From assembly GCA_964447765.1 (NCBI GenBank), contig CAYUTO010000003.1, forward strand, positions 8,919 to 72,918: 64,000 nt of DNA, given 5' to 3'. How positions within the stretch are numbered: position 1 is the first letter of the stretch; each line of letters starts with the position of its first letter. The notes beneath the pieces are model-generated. The model made no database searches and was not told the origin of the DNA. It saw only the letters and a program-made list of their open reading frames with translations. The position numbers and the translations under genes were made by a program. This document shows positions 42,793 to 50,801 of this stretch, one piece after another. The stretch is from an uncultured Gammaproteobacteria bacterium. Lineage in GTDB: Bacteria; Patescibacteriota; Patescibacteriia; Magasanikbacterales; UBA922.

Positions 42793-43515
42793 TTATTTCT
42801 TCAACCACCAACTGTCTACCGCTTGCCCTACAAAATATCCGATTGCAGCTGCAGCACTCGCGAGAGCCAACATTTCCAATCCTGCTTTCCACCAACTCCG
42901 CTTAGTAAACCGAGTTGTCACTACACCCAAAGTGAACAAACCAATAAGTGTGATTACAATTGAAACCGGTATTGCGGTTGCAATCGGTAATATAAGATAG
43001 GGAGTCAATGGTATTGCCCCACCAATAATGTATGAGATAAGCATTGCAAATCCGTTGCGGATTGGACTCCCCAACCCCTCAGGAATCACTTCGAGCTCTC
43101 GATATGACATTTCTTTCAACATGATTGCTGGATTGTCTCTGGCAACATCTGCCATTTTTTCTGCCAAGTCTTTTGGCCACCCATCCTCTACATACATATC
43201 ACGAAGCTCTTCGCGCTCTTCTTCGGGATGATTCTTGATTTCTTCCGCTTCTTCAAAAATCTTCCGTTCATCGATTTCACGCTCTGACTTGTTTGATAAA
43301 TATGATCCCACCCCCATTGAAATTGATTCAACTGAAATAATAACGAGTCCTGCGAGTACAGTCGTAAAGGGATCCTGAGTTGCAGCAGCAATACCCGTGA
43401 CTGACCCCAAAGTTGAGACCATGCCATCTTCCATTCCAAACACAATTTCACGGATTAAAGCCCCACTTCCTGGATTACTGTGATGAATATAGTCTTTGTT
43501 GTATTCGATAGCCAT
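42793..43515 (-). CDS. VIT1/CCC1-family iron/manganese transporter
   Basis: 240 aa; FGMEDGMVSTLG motif; central acidic Glu-rich loop; C-terminal TM helices. Confidence 0.8.
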   Translation of the reverse strand: MAIEYNKDYIHHSNPGSGALIREIVFGMEDGMVSTLGSVTGIAAATQDPFTTVLAGLVIISVESISMGVGSYLSNKSEREIDERKIFEEAEEIKNHPEEEREELRDMYVEDGWPKDLAEKMADVARDNPAIMLKEMSYRELEVIPEGLGSPIRNGFAMLISYIIGGAIPLTPYLILPIATAIPVSIVITLIGLFTLGVVTTRFTKRSWWKAGLEMLALASAAAAIGYFVGQAVDSWWLKK

Positions 43516-43574
43516 AAACTTGCTTTTTAAGATTTCTATCTGTAGTATAGGAGAACTCTAGCGATAAATCAACT

Positions 43575-44213
43575 ATGGAGCCTCTATACCGCAAACGCGC
43601 GAACATAGTTTTGCAAGAACTCAAAAAGCTTTTTCCTGACTCGAAAACCATTCTGGAATTCAGCACGCATTTTGAACTCTTGATTGCGGTTATGCTTTCT
43701 GCCCAGACGACTGACAAACAAGTAAACGTCGTAACGAGGAAACTATTCAAAAAATATCCGAAACTTAAGGATTATGTGGAAGCAATAGACGATGATTTTA
43801 TCAAAGACGTTTCATCAGTAAATTATTATCGAACCAAGGCAAAGCATATACTTGCAACCGCCAGAAAGCTTCATGTAGATTTCAAAGGAAAGTTACCTAA
43901 AACAGTTGAAGAAATGATGTTGTTTCCAGGAGTAGGGAGGAAGACTGCATTGGTCGTATTAGGGAATGCATATGACATAGTTGAAGGAATTGCTGTAGAC
44001 ACACATGTGCAGCGGTTATCTCGAGTTTTCAAACTAACAAAACATACCACGCCTGAGAAAATTGAAAAAGATCTGAAAGAACTATTTCCACGCGATGAAT
44101 GGTTTCAGCTGACGAATCGGATGATTGAATATGGACGTAAATATTGTCCTGCGAGATGCACACATCAGACTTGTCCGATTGTGAATTTATTAAAAAAGAA
44201 GAAATTGTATTAA
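43575..44213 (+). CDS. nth: Endonuclease III
   Basis: 212 aa; HhH LFPGVGRKTALVVL, Asp in the DTHV motif, C-terminal Cys cluster. Confidence 0.85.
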   Translation: MEPLYRKRANIVLQELKKLFPDSKTILEFSTHFELLIAVMLSAQTTDKQVNVVTRKLFKKYPKLKDYVEAIDDDFIKDVSSVNYYRTKAKHILATARKLHVDFKGKLPKTVEEMMLFPGVGRKTALVVLGNAYDIVEGIAVDTHVQRLSRVFKLTKHTTPEKIEKDLKELFPRDEWFQLTNRMIEYGRKYCPARCTHQTCPIVNLLKKKKLY

Positions 44214-44224
44214 TTAATCCCCGT

Positions 44225-44333
44225 GTCATTCCGACCGTAGCGTAGCGAAGTGGAGGAATCCCTTGATTAGCAATTAATCCTGCTGTACAAGGGATTCCTC
44301 GACTTCCTCGAAGACTCAGTCGCTCGGAATGAC
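44225..44333. repeat. 109-nt imperfect inverted-repeat (MITE/REP-like) element
   Basis: Arms GTCATTCCGA...GAGGAATCCCTT and AAGGGATTCCTC...TCGGAATGAC, i.e. 10 + 12 perfectly complementary bp at the ends of each arm around a diverged middle; the left arm has a GTAGC-GTAGC mini-repeat. Confidence 0.6.
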
Positions 44334-44345
44334 AACAAACACACT

Positions 44346-45626
44346 ATGCAACAAGTAACCATTGAAAAACTAATATTCGGAGGACAAGGATTCGCTCGCG
44401 TAGATGGTGTTGTGTATTTTATTTGGAATGCACTTCCTGGCGAGACCGTTGAAATTGAAATATTAAAAAAGAAAAAGGAATATATCGAAGCAGTGGCGAC
44501 GAAAATCATTAACCCCTCACCATTTCGAGTAGAACCAAAAGACGAACACTTCCTTTCGACTAGTCCTTGGCAAATCATGAGTTATGAAAAGGAAAATGAA
44601 TGGAAAAAAGAGATTGCGATTGAAGTATACAAGCGTATTGGAAAAGAGGCGTTTGCCGATGTCTCCCCAGAGCTTGTGTTTGATCCAGAAAAATATTACA
44701 GCTACCGAAACAAGATGGAATTTAGTTTTGCTGTCGATAAAACAGGACGAACATGCCTCGGGTTTTTTGAACGAGGAAAAAGAGATAAATTTGCTGTAGA
44801 AAAATCAGAGTTAGCGGACAACGCGATCAATGAAACATCAGCTGCTATTCTCGCGTGGGTACGGAAACATCAGATTCCGATGCGAAGTCTCAAGAGTCTG
44901 ATGGTACGGAGTGATGGAAAGGGAAAAACAATTGCCGCATTATTTATCAAAGACCGATTGGAATTTCCAGATTACCCAGAGTTGAATGACCAAATGATTG
45001 GATTCCAATTGTATTATTCTACACACAAATCTCCTGCTTCAGTTCCGACCGACATACTCTATACCAAAGGACAGGATTATATTATTGTCACACTTCGAAA
45101 TATTGAATTCAAAGTTGGACTACTTAGTTTTTTCCAAGTACATTTACCTGTTTTTGAAAAAGCGCTCGATGACATCTACGAATATATTCCAAAAAAATCC
45201 AATCTTCTTGATCTCTATTCTGGAGTCGGATCCATTGGATTACCCGTGCACAAACGCGCAAAAGAATTAACGCTCGTCGATAATAATACTGAGGCAATTC
45301 AGTATGCGACAGAGAATATTGAATTGAACAAAGTAAAAAATGCGACAGCGATCTGTAAACCAACTGAAGATATTATTTCGCTTATTACCTCTGACGCGAT
45401 TGTGATTCTCGATCCACCACGTATCGGACTCCATCATCGAGTAGTTGAGCGAATACTAGAGACCAAACCAAAGACTATTATTTATTTGTCATGCGATCTC
45501 TCGACTCAGGCACGTGATATTTTCCTTCTTCATCCTACGTATAAAATATCATTTTCTCGCCTCTACAATTTCTTCCCAAGAACGCCGCATATTGAAGGGT
45601 TGTGTGTATTGAATTTGATTAAATAG
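44346..45626 (+). CDS. TRAM-domain class-I SAM-dependent RNA (uracil-5)-methyltransferase (RlmD/TrmA family)
   Basis: 426 aa; N-terminal TRAM-like beta domain; C-terminal MTase with DLYSGVGSIG (motif I) and DPPR (motif IV). Confidence 0.75.
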   Translation: MQQVTIEKLIFGGQGFARVDGVVYFIWNALPGETVEIEILKKKKEYIEAVATKIINPSPFRVEPKDEHFLSTSPWQIMSYEKENEWKKEIAIEVYKRIGKEAFADVSPELVFDPEKYYSYRNKMEFSFAVDKTGRTCLGFFERGKRDKFAVEKSELADNAINETSAAILAWVRKHQIPMRSLKSLMVRSDGKGKTIAALFIKDRLEFPDYPELNDQMIGFQLYYSTHKSPASVPTDILYTKGQDYIIVTLRNIEFKVGLLSFFQVHLPVFEKALDDIYEYIPKKSNLLDLYSGVGSIGLPVHKRAKELTLVDNNTEAIQYATENIELNKVKNATAICKPTEDIISLITSDAIVILDPPRIGLHHRVVERILETKPKTIIYLSCDLSTQARDIFLLHPTYKISFSRLYNFFPRTPHIEGLCVLNLIK

Positions 45627-45628
45627 TA

Positions 45629-46432
45629 CCTATAAATGACGAAGCCGACGCGAGGGAACTCCCAAGCGTCGGCATGATTGTGGTCTATTGCGCCAACAGT
45701 GCCGAATTGCACCATCGTAGCACAAGATCGTTGAATTATCTCAGTACTCGTACCGTCCAAGACTAAGGAACCATGTGTTTTGATGCAGCTCACCTTCACA
45801 GACACCCACCTGGAAGGTTCGAACAGCTCCAGTGGTGAGTGGATCTCCTGGATGAGGACATCCTGGATGCATGAAGCCGAAGATGTTGCGGATATTTCCA
45901 CTCATGACGGTCACGTCCAGGCTATCGATCCACCGGAATTCCTGAAGCTCAGCATCCGTATAGAACTCGAGGAGCGCAGCCAGATGGTTGAACCCAGCGT
46001 GCCGCAGACCGAGCCGATTCCGAATGAACAACGCTTCTTCGAGAGTAGCTTTACGACCGAGCCTGAACAGCACCACCTTCTCCTTGATCGACTCGTAATC
46101 CCTCCCTTTGGTGTGCACGAGGAAATCATTGAGCTTGTTGACCGGCAGATTCAGATCGCAGTAGCCGCACTTGCTTGCAACAAGCCATTCCTCAGCAGTC
46201 CGCTTCGGGTAGATAGTGACTTCGAACGTGCGCTCCTCGACGTCCCTCAGGCACTGCAGCAGACTTTCCACCTCTTCTGGATTCTCGATCCACTTCTGTG
46301 CGATGGTTGCCGACAGGTCAGTCGGCAATTTCCTCACGAGCGTGGCCGAAAGCTCCTGAAGCTGAGCTCTGCTCGCGAATTTTCTTTTTCTCATTCATTC
46401 TCTCCTTGGCTACCTTTTGGTGCAATTTCTTG
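45629..46432 (-). mobile_element. GC-rich (~55%) inserted cassette bounded by inverted AATTGCACC / GGTGCAATT termini
   Basis: Abrupt GC shift. Plus strand reads CAGTGCCGAATTGCACC at 45697..45713 and GGTGCAATTT at 46419..46428. A 3' hairpin GCCGACGC..GCGTCGGC at 45644..45673 is followed on the minus strand by TTCGTCATTTATAGG. Confidence 0.45.
45741..46394 (-). CDS. Hypothetical protein (217 aa) of the GC-rich cassette; apparent fusion of the alphaCTD-protein N-module and domain X
   Basis: Strong SD AAGGAGAG upstream; the protein is plausibly folded, whereas the mirror plus-strand ORF is not; by-eye similarity to the products of 62223..62657 (N-terminus) and 62874..63413 (the remainder). Confidence 0.6.
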   Translation of the reverse strand: MRKRKFASRAQLQELSATLVRKLPTDLSATIAQKWIENPEEVESLLQCLRDVEERTFEVTIYPKRTAEEWLVASKCGYCDLNLPVNKLNDFLVHTKGRDYESIKEKVVLFRLGRKATLEEALFIRNRLGLRHAGFNHLAALLEFYTDAELQEFRWIDSLDVTVMSGNIRNIFGFMHPGCPHPGDPLTTGAVRTFQVGVCEGELHQNTWFLSLGRYEY

Positions 46433-46589
46433 ACCGCAGGCTGACCATAGAATCGCGACGGGTAAGGCACTTCCTCACCTTCTTTCTAACTTATTAGAAA
46501 ATAATTCAAAAAGAAAGCCAGGAAATCCAAATCGACAATAGGCTAAAATACCATACCGTGCCACTTTTGTCAATCATCGCTTATCCAAA

Positions 46590-46624
46590 ACAAAAAACCA
46601 TGCTTCATCAGCACGGTTTTTTGT
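46590..46624 (+). terminator. Orphan hairpin plus T-run between the GC cassette and the antiporter gene
   Basis: AACCATGC-ttcatca-GCACGGTTTTTTG with one mismatch in the stem. Confidence 0.3.
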
Positions 46625-46693
46625 TTTAGTCGCTATCTTGTAAAAAATCAATTTTATCTCTATACTAGTGCAATATTCTAATACATACACAGT

Positions 46694-47653
46694 ATGATTC
46701 TCTCTATTTTTCTCGTACTTGTCGGCCTTGGTATTCTCATCGTTGGTGGTGAATCACTTGTTCGAGGAGCATCGTCTATCGCCAAACGTCTGAAAGTTGC
46801 ACCTATTGTCATCGGACTCACGATTGTTGCCTTTGGAACTTCCGCGCCTGAGCTTGCAGTAAATCTATTCTCCGCGTTCGAAGGCTCCGTCGATATTGCA
46901 GTCGGAAATGTAATTGGAAGTAACATTGCAAACATTCTTCTGATCCTTGGAATTTGCGCGCTTATCCGCACGATTCGTGTACAAAAAAACACGACATGGA
47001 AAGAAATACCTCTCGCACTTCTTGCAGTCTTGTTGGTATTTATCATGGCAAATGATCGACTTTTTGATGGGGCTAGTGCAAATGTACTTACACGCACAGA
47101 CGGCCTCGCACTCATGGGTATTTTTGCCATTTTTATGTATTACACGTTTGGTATAGCAAAAGTAAGTGGAGAAGCAGACAAAGATGAAGTGAAACTATAC
47201 TCAACACTTATTTCAGTCCTTCTCATTATTGGTGGACTTATTGGCCTCGTATTTGGTGGAAAATTATTGGTCGACAACGCAATTGTACTCGCGCAATTGG
47301 CTGGAATGTCTGAGGCACTCATCGGTCTTACCATCGTCGCCGTCGGTACCTCGCTTCCCGAGCTTGTCACATCTATTATTGCCGTACGCCATGGACATGA
47401 TGATCTGGCAGTTGGAAACATTGTAGGATCGAATATTTTCAATATTCTCTGGATTCTTGGACTTACCTCTACCATTCTTCCACTTCCAATATCTGACGCA
47501 GTCCAGACTGACATTCTCGTAAATGTGGGCGTCACCTTACTACTTTTCCTCTTCATGTTTGTTGGTGCACGCCACAAGCTCAATCGCTGGCAGGGAGTGA
47601 TGTTTGTGCTTTTGTATGTCGGATATGTGGGGTATTTGGTGATGCGAGGGTAA
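46694..47653 (+). CDS. CaCA-family Na+/Ca2+ (cation/Ca2+) antiporter, YrbG-like
   Basis: 319 aa; two alpha-repeats carrying GTSAPE and GTSLPE. Confidence 0.85.
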   Translation: MILSIFLVLVGLGILIVGGESLVRGASSIAKRLKVAPIVIGLTIVAFGTSAPELAVNLFSAFEGSVDIAVGNVIGSNIANILLILGICALIRTIRVQKNTTWKEIPLALLAVLLVFIMANDRLFDGASANVLTRTDGLALMGIFAIFMYYTFGIAKVSGEADKDEVKLYSTLISVLLIIGGLIGLVFGGKLLVDNAIVLAQLAGMSEALIGLTIVAVGTSLPELVTSIIAVRHGHDDLAVGNIVGSNIFNILWILGLTSTILPLPISDAVQTDILVNVGVTLLLFLFMFVGARHKLNRWQGVMFVLLYVGYVGYLVMRG

Positions 47654-47671
47654 TCAATTTATTTTTTCAAA

Positions 47672-47708
47672 CAAAAAACCAGGCAGTAAAGCTTGGTTTT
47701 TTGTTTTT
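47672..47708 (+). terminator. Intrinsic terminator
   Basis: AACCAGGC-agtaaa-GCTTGGTTTTTTGTTTTT. Confidence 0.6.
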
Positions 47709-47717
47709 AAACAGATT

Positions 47718-47735
47718 AAAAGTCGAAATCGACTT
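47718..47735. promoter_or_regulatory. Palindromic operator-like site AAAAGTCGAAATCGACTT upstream of the TrmB-family regulator gene
   Basis: Perfect 7-bp inverted repeat AAGTCGA/TCGACTT with a 2-nt centre; the same AAAGTCGAAA half-site recurs at 58209..58220 and 58263..58274. Confidence 0.4.
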
Positions 47736-47899
47736 CTAATCTACCCCTCCTCATTTCTAATATTACTAAAATTGAATTATTCTGTCAACAAAATAAGTCA
47801 ATTTTATTAGCTAAATTTAGCCTAAATTTTATATTTTGTGTTATATTTTAGACACAATTACTTATTTTTGCTAAAATATGAATAATTAATAAAATTAAT

Positions 47900-48685
47900 A
47901 TGGAAAAATATTTCCACAACATTCTTAAGGAACTCGGTCTTAACGAGCAAGAAGCGCAAGTGTATGGGAGTCTTTTGGAGCTAGGACAATCTGTTGTTTC
48001 CCCTATTGCTGCTTTAGCCAAAGTTAACCGTACAAGCTGTTACAACATTTTAGAATCGCTTGTTCAAAAAAAGATGGTGAGCAAAGCTCGATTTCGAGGT
48101 AAACTAGCTTACAGCGTTGACAACCCCACGCAAATTATCACCAATCTAGAAGAAGAAAAAAAACAACTTGAAGCTACACTGGAGAAGGCAAAAGCTCTTC
48201 AGCCTGAACTTACTCGTAGGTATACACAAAGATACACCAAACCAATTATTAAATATGTTGAGGGTATCGAAGGTATAAAAGAATTATATGAAGACAGTTT
48301 ACGATGTGTCAATAAAATTGAAGGACTGCGTGCCTACTCATCACCCCAGGATGTGCGCGATGAATTAGACGACTATGTAGATTGGTATTTTGATCAACGT
48401 ACTGCTCGAAGTATCCCGATTCGTACTATAGTTCCTGACAAGGAACATGGCAAACAATTAAAGAGGGATGCTCATAAATTTATGCGTACCGTACGGTTAA
48501 TCCCTAAAGAAAAATTTGATTTTTCGCCTGAAATCTATTTGTATGATAATAAATTTACCGTCATGTCTTTCAAAGAAAAATTTGGTTTTCTTATTGAGAG
48601 TAAAGAAATTGTAGATGCCCTGAAAACCGCTTGGGATTTGGCATGGGAGAGGGCCGAAGAATATGATAAAAATATTAAGATTTAA
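47900..48685 (+). CDS. TrmB-family transcriptional regulator
   Basis: 261 aa; N-terminal TrmB-type winged HTH (LGLNEQEAQVYGSLLELGQSVVSPIAALAKVNRTSCYNILESLVQKKMV). Confidence 0.7.
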   Translation: MEKYFHNILKELGLNEQEAQVYGSLLELGQSVVSPIAALAKVNRTSCYNILESLVQKKMVSKARFRGKLAYSVDNPTQIITNLEEEKKQLEATLEKAKALQPELTRRYTQRYTKPIIKYVEGIEGIKELYEDSLRCVNKIEGLRAYSSPQDVRDELDDYVDWYFDQRTARSIPIRTIVPDKEHGKQLKRDAHKFMRTVRLIPKEKFDFSPEIYLYDNKFTVMSFKEKFGFLIESKEIVDALKTAWDLAWERAEEYDKNIKI

Positions 48686-48697
48686 ATGATGTACTAA

Positions 48698-48731
48698 TAA
48701 AAAAATCGCTCCAGGAGGGGCGATTTTTTTA
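48698..48731. terminator. Bidirectional intrinsic terminator between the trmB-like gene and thrS
   Basis: AAAAAAATCGCTCC-agga-GGGGCGATTTTTTT. Confidence 0.7.
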
Positions 48732-48745
48732 TTAACTAAACCTTA

Positions 48746-50491
48746 CTACTTCCTCTCTCTAATCTCCCTCTTCACCTTCGCGACAAACTCACTCTTCGAA
48801 ATACTTACCTGCTCCTCAACCCCTCGCATACGGACCATGAAATCTCCGCCTTCGAGTTCTTTGTCACCAATGACAAGCATATAGGGCACTTTGCTCTGAA
48901 CAGCTTTTCTGATTTTCTTTCCCACTGTTTCATCAGCCTTATCAATAGAAACGCGGATTCCTTCTGCTCGAAGTTCTAGCGCAAGCGATTCTGTACCCGC
49001 GATGTGCTTCTCAGACACTGGTACGAGCGCTACAGCGACCGGAGAGAGCCATGTAGGCCAAATTCCGGCATAATGCTCAATAAGGAACGCAGTGAACCTC
49101 TCATGGGTCGACAATGGCGCACGATGAATGACAAATACTTCGTTATTTTCTTTTCCTCCTTCATCAATATAATTCAATTGGAAACGTTCCCGTGCGAGGA
49201 AGTCGAGCTGGATAGTCGACATACTTTCTTCTCGACCAATCACAGACTTGAACTGCACGTCCACCTTTGGTCCGTAGAATGCAGCTTCATCTTCGACTTC
49301 GGTAAATTCTACTTTCATGTCTGTGAGTACCTCACGGAGCACAGCTTCGGCCATTTCCCAATTCTCTGGTTGATCAATATATTTTTCAGTATGATCCTTA
49401 CTCCATTTTGAGAGTCTAAACCAATAATTCGTAAGACCAAATACGTTGAAATAATTCATGGTGAGTTCCATCACTCGCTTGAACTCATCTTTGATTTGCT
49501 CTTTGGTACAATAAATATGTGCGTCATTCATCGTGAGTCCGCGTACACGAAGAAGTCCTGCAAGAGTGCCCGAGAGTTCATTGCGATATACGGTGCCATA
49601 TTCTGCGAGACGAAGCGGAAGTTCGCGATAGCTTCGAGGACTTGATCCGTAGATAATATGGTGATGAGGACAATTCATGGCTCGGAGATAGTAGGTACCA
49701 TCGTCCATGACCATTGCTGGGTACATTCCTTCTTTGTAGTAGGGTAGATGACCTGAAGTAAGGTAGAGATCCTCCTTTGCCATATGTGGAGTGACTACTC
49801 TCTGGTAGTCATATTTTTCTTCCATTTCAGTCGCAAATTTTTCGATCTCGTTTCGAATGATTGTACCGTTTGGAAGCCACATAACCAATCCTTTTCCTAC
49901 TCGATCATCAATCAAAAATAATTCCTGGTCTTTGCCGATTTTTCGATGATCTCGCTTCTTTGCTTCTTCTCGCATTTCCAAATATTTTTGCAATTCATCC
50001 TTGGTCGGAAACGCCGTACCATAAATTCTGGTCAACATTTTATTCTTCTCATCCCCTCTCCAGTACGCACCTGCAACACTGAGTAATTTGAAATTGCGAA
50101 GATCTTTTGAAGGAGTCTCGCTATGTCCTCCACGACAGAGATCAGTAAATTTCCCTACCGTGTAGAAGGTAAGTGTCGCACCCTCTCCCGCAAACTCTTC
50201 AATAAGTTCTTTCTTGTATTCGTTACCCGCGAAAAATTCTATTGCCTCGCTCGCACTTACTTCTTTGTGCTCAAATTCTTTCCAATGCTTCACGATTTCA
50301 CCCATTCGCTTCTCAATTTTCTTCAAATCTTCATCATTAATTTTTTCTACTCCAAAATCAAAATCATAATAAAATCCATCCTCAATAGCCGGACCAATGG
50401 TTCGTTTTGCAGTAGGATATAACTCTTCCACTGCTGCCGCAAGCAAGTGCGCAGCGGAATGGCGGAGGTGTTCTAATTCTTGGTTTTGCAT
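48746..50491 (-). CDS. thrS: Threonyl-tRNA synthetase (short form lacking the N-terminal TGS domain)
   Basis: 581 aa; starts in the editing/second additional domain (HSAAHLLA) and is followed by class-II catalytic and anticodon-binding domains. Confidence 0.92.
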   Translation of the reverse strand: MQNQELEHLRHSAAHLLAAAVEELYPTAKRTIGPAIEDGFYYDFDFGVEKINDEDLKKIEKRMGEIVKHWKEFEHKEVSASEAIEFFAGNEYKKELIEEFAGEGATLTFYTVGKFTDLCRGGHSETPSKDLRNFKLLSVAGAYWRGDEKNKMLTRIYGTAFPTKDELQKYLEMREEAKKRDHRKIGKDQELFLIDDRVGKGLVMWLPNGTIIRNEIEKFATEMEEKYDYQRVVTPHMAKEDLYLTSGHLPYYKEGMYPAMVMDDGTYYLRAMNCPHHHIIYGSSPRSYRELPLRLAEYGTVYRNELSGTLAGLLRVRGLTMNDAHIYCTKEQIKDEFKRVMELTMNYFNVFGLTNYWFRLSKWSKDHTEKYIDQPENWEMAEAVLREVLTDMKVEFTEVEDEAAFYGPKVDVQFKSVIGREESMSTIQLDFLARERFQLNYIDEGGKENNEVFVIHRAPLSTHERFTAFLIEHYAGIWPTWLSPVAVALVPVSEKHIAGTESLALELRAEGIRVSIDKADETVGKKIRKAVQSKVPYMLVIGDKELEGGDFMVRMRGVEEQVSISKSEFVAKVKREIRERK

Positions 50492-50494
50492 ATT

Positions 50495-50800
50495 TTTTCA
50501 ACATTATTTAGACGACACACGACACATGGAACACGACTTTATTTTTGAGTCGTAATACGTGAGTCGTTGCTCGTTTTTTAAATAAAAAAACCCGACACCC
50601 TCAAGCAAGTGCCTGAGATGTGCCGGGGTCATGAGCAAGGTTACTTATTTCACGACGGTTCCACCCGTTATTTTACTTTTTCTAAATTTGTATAAAGCTC
50701 CGAGAGTGGTACCATATTCCAAGTTATTCGGGACTGGGCGGGTTCTCGTAATTACGCTTTAGTTACACAAACTATACTGAAAATGATCCCTTCGGTCAAG
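50495..50800 (-). promoter_or_regulatory. Probable T-box riboswitch leader of thrS
   Basis: Minus strand reads AAUAACGGGUGGAACCGUCG (rc of 50653..50667), close to the T-box consensus AGGGUGGNACCGCG; it is followed by a terminator CCCGGCAC..GUGUCGGG + U7 (plus 50584..50628); the ACCC just 5' of the terminator can pair with GGGU for the antiterminator; upstream ACC-A and ACU-A candidate specifier triplets. Confidence 0.45.
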
Positions 50801-50801
50801 C

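Noticed and set aside
45780-46433. 217-aa plus-strand ORF mirroring the minus-strand gene in the GC-rich island
   Set aside because: High-GC DNA produces long open frames on both strands. The plus-strand product is low-complexity (S/P/L-rich) with no SD, whereas the minus-strand product is protein-like, has a strong SD and has a paralog elsewhere in the window.
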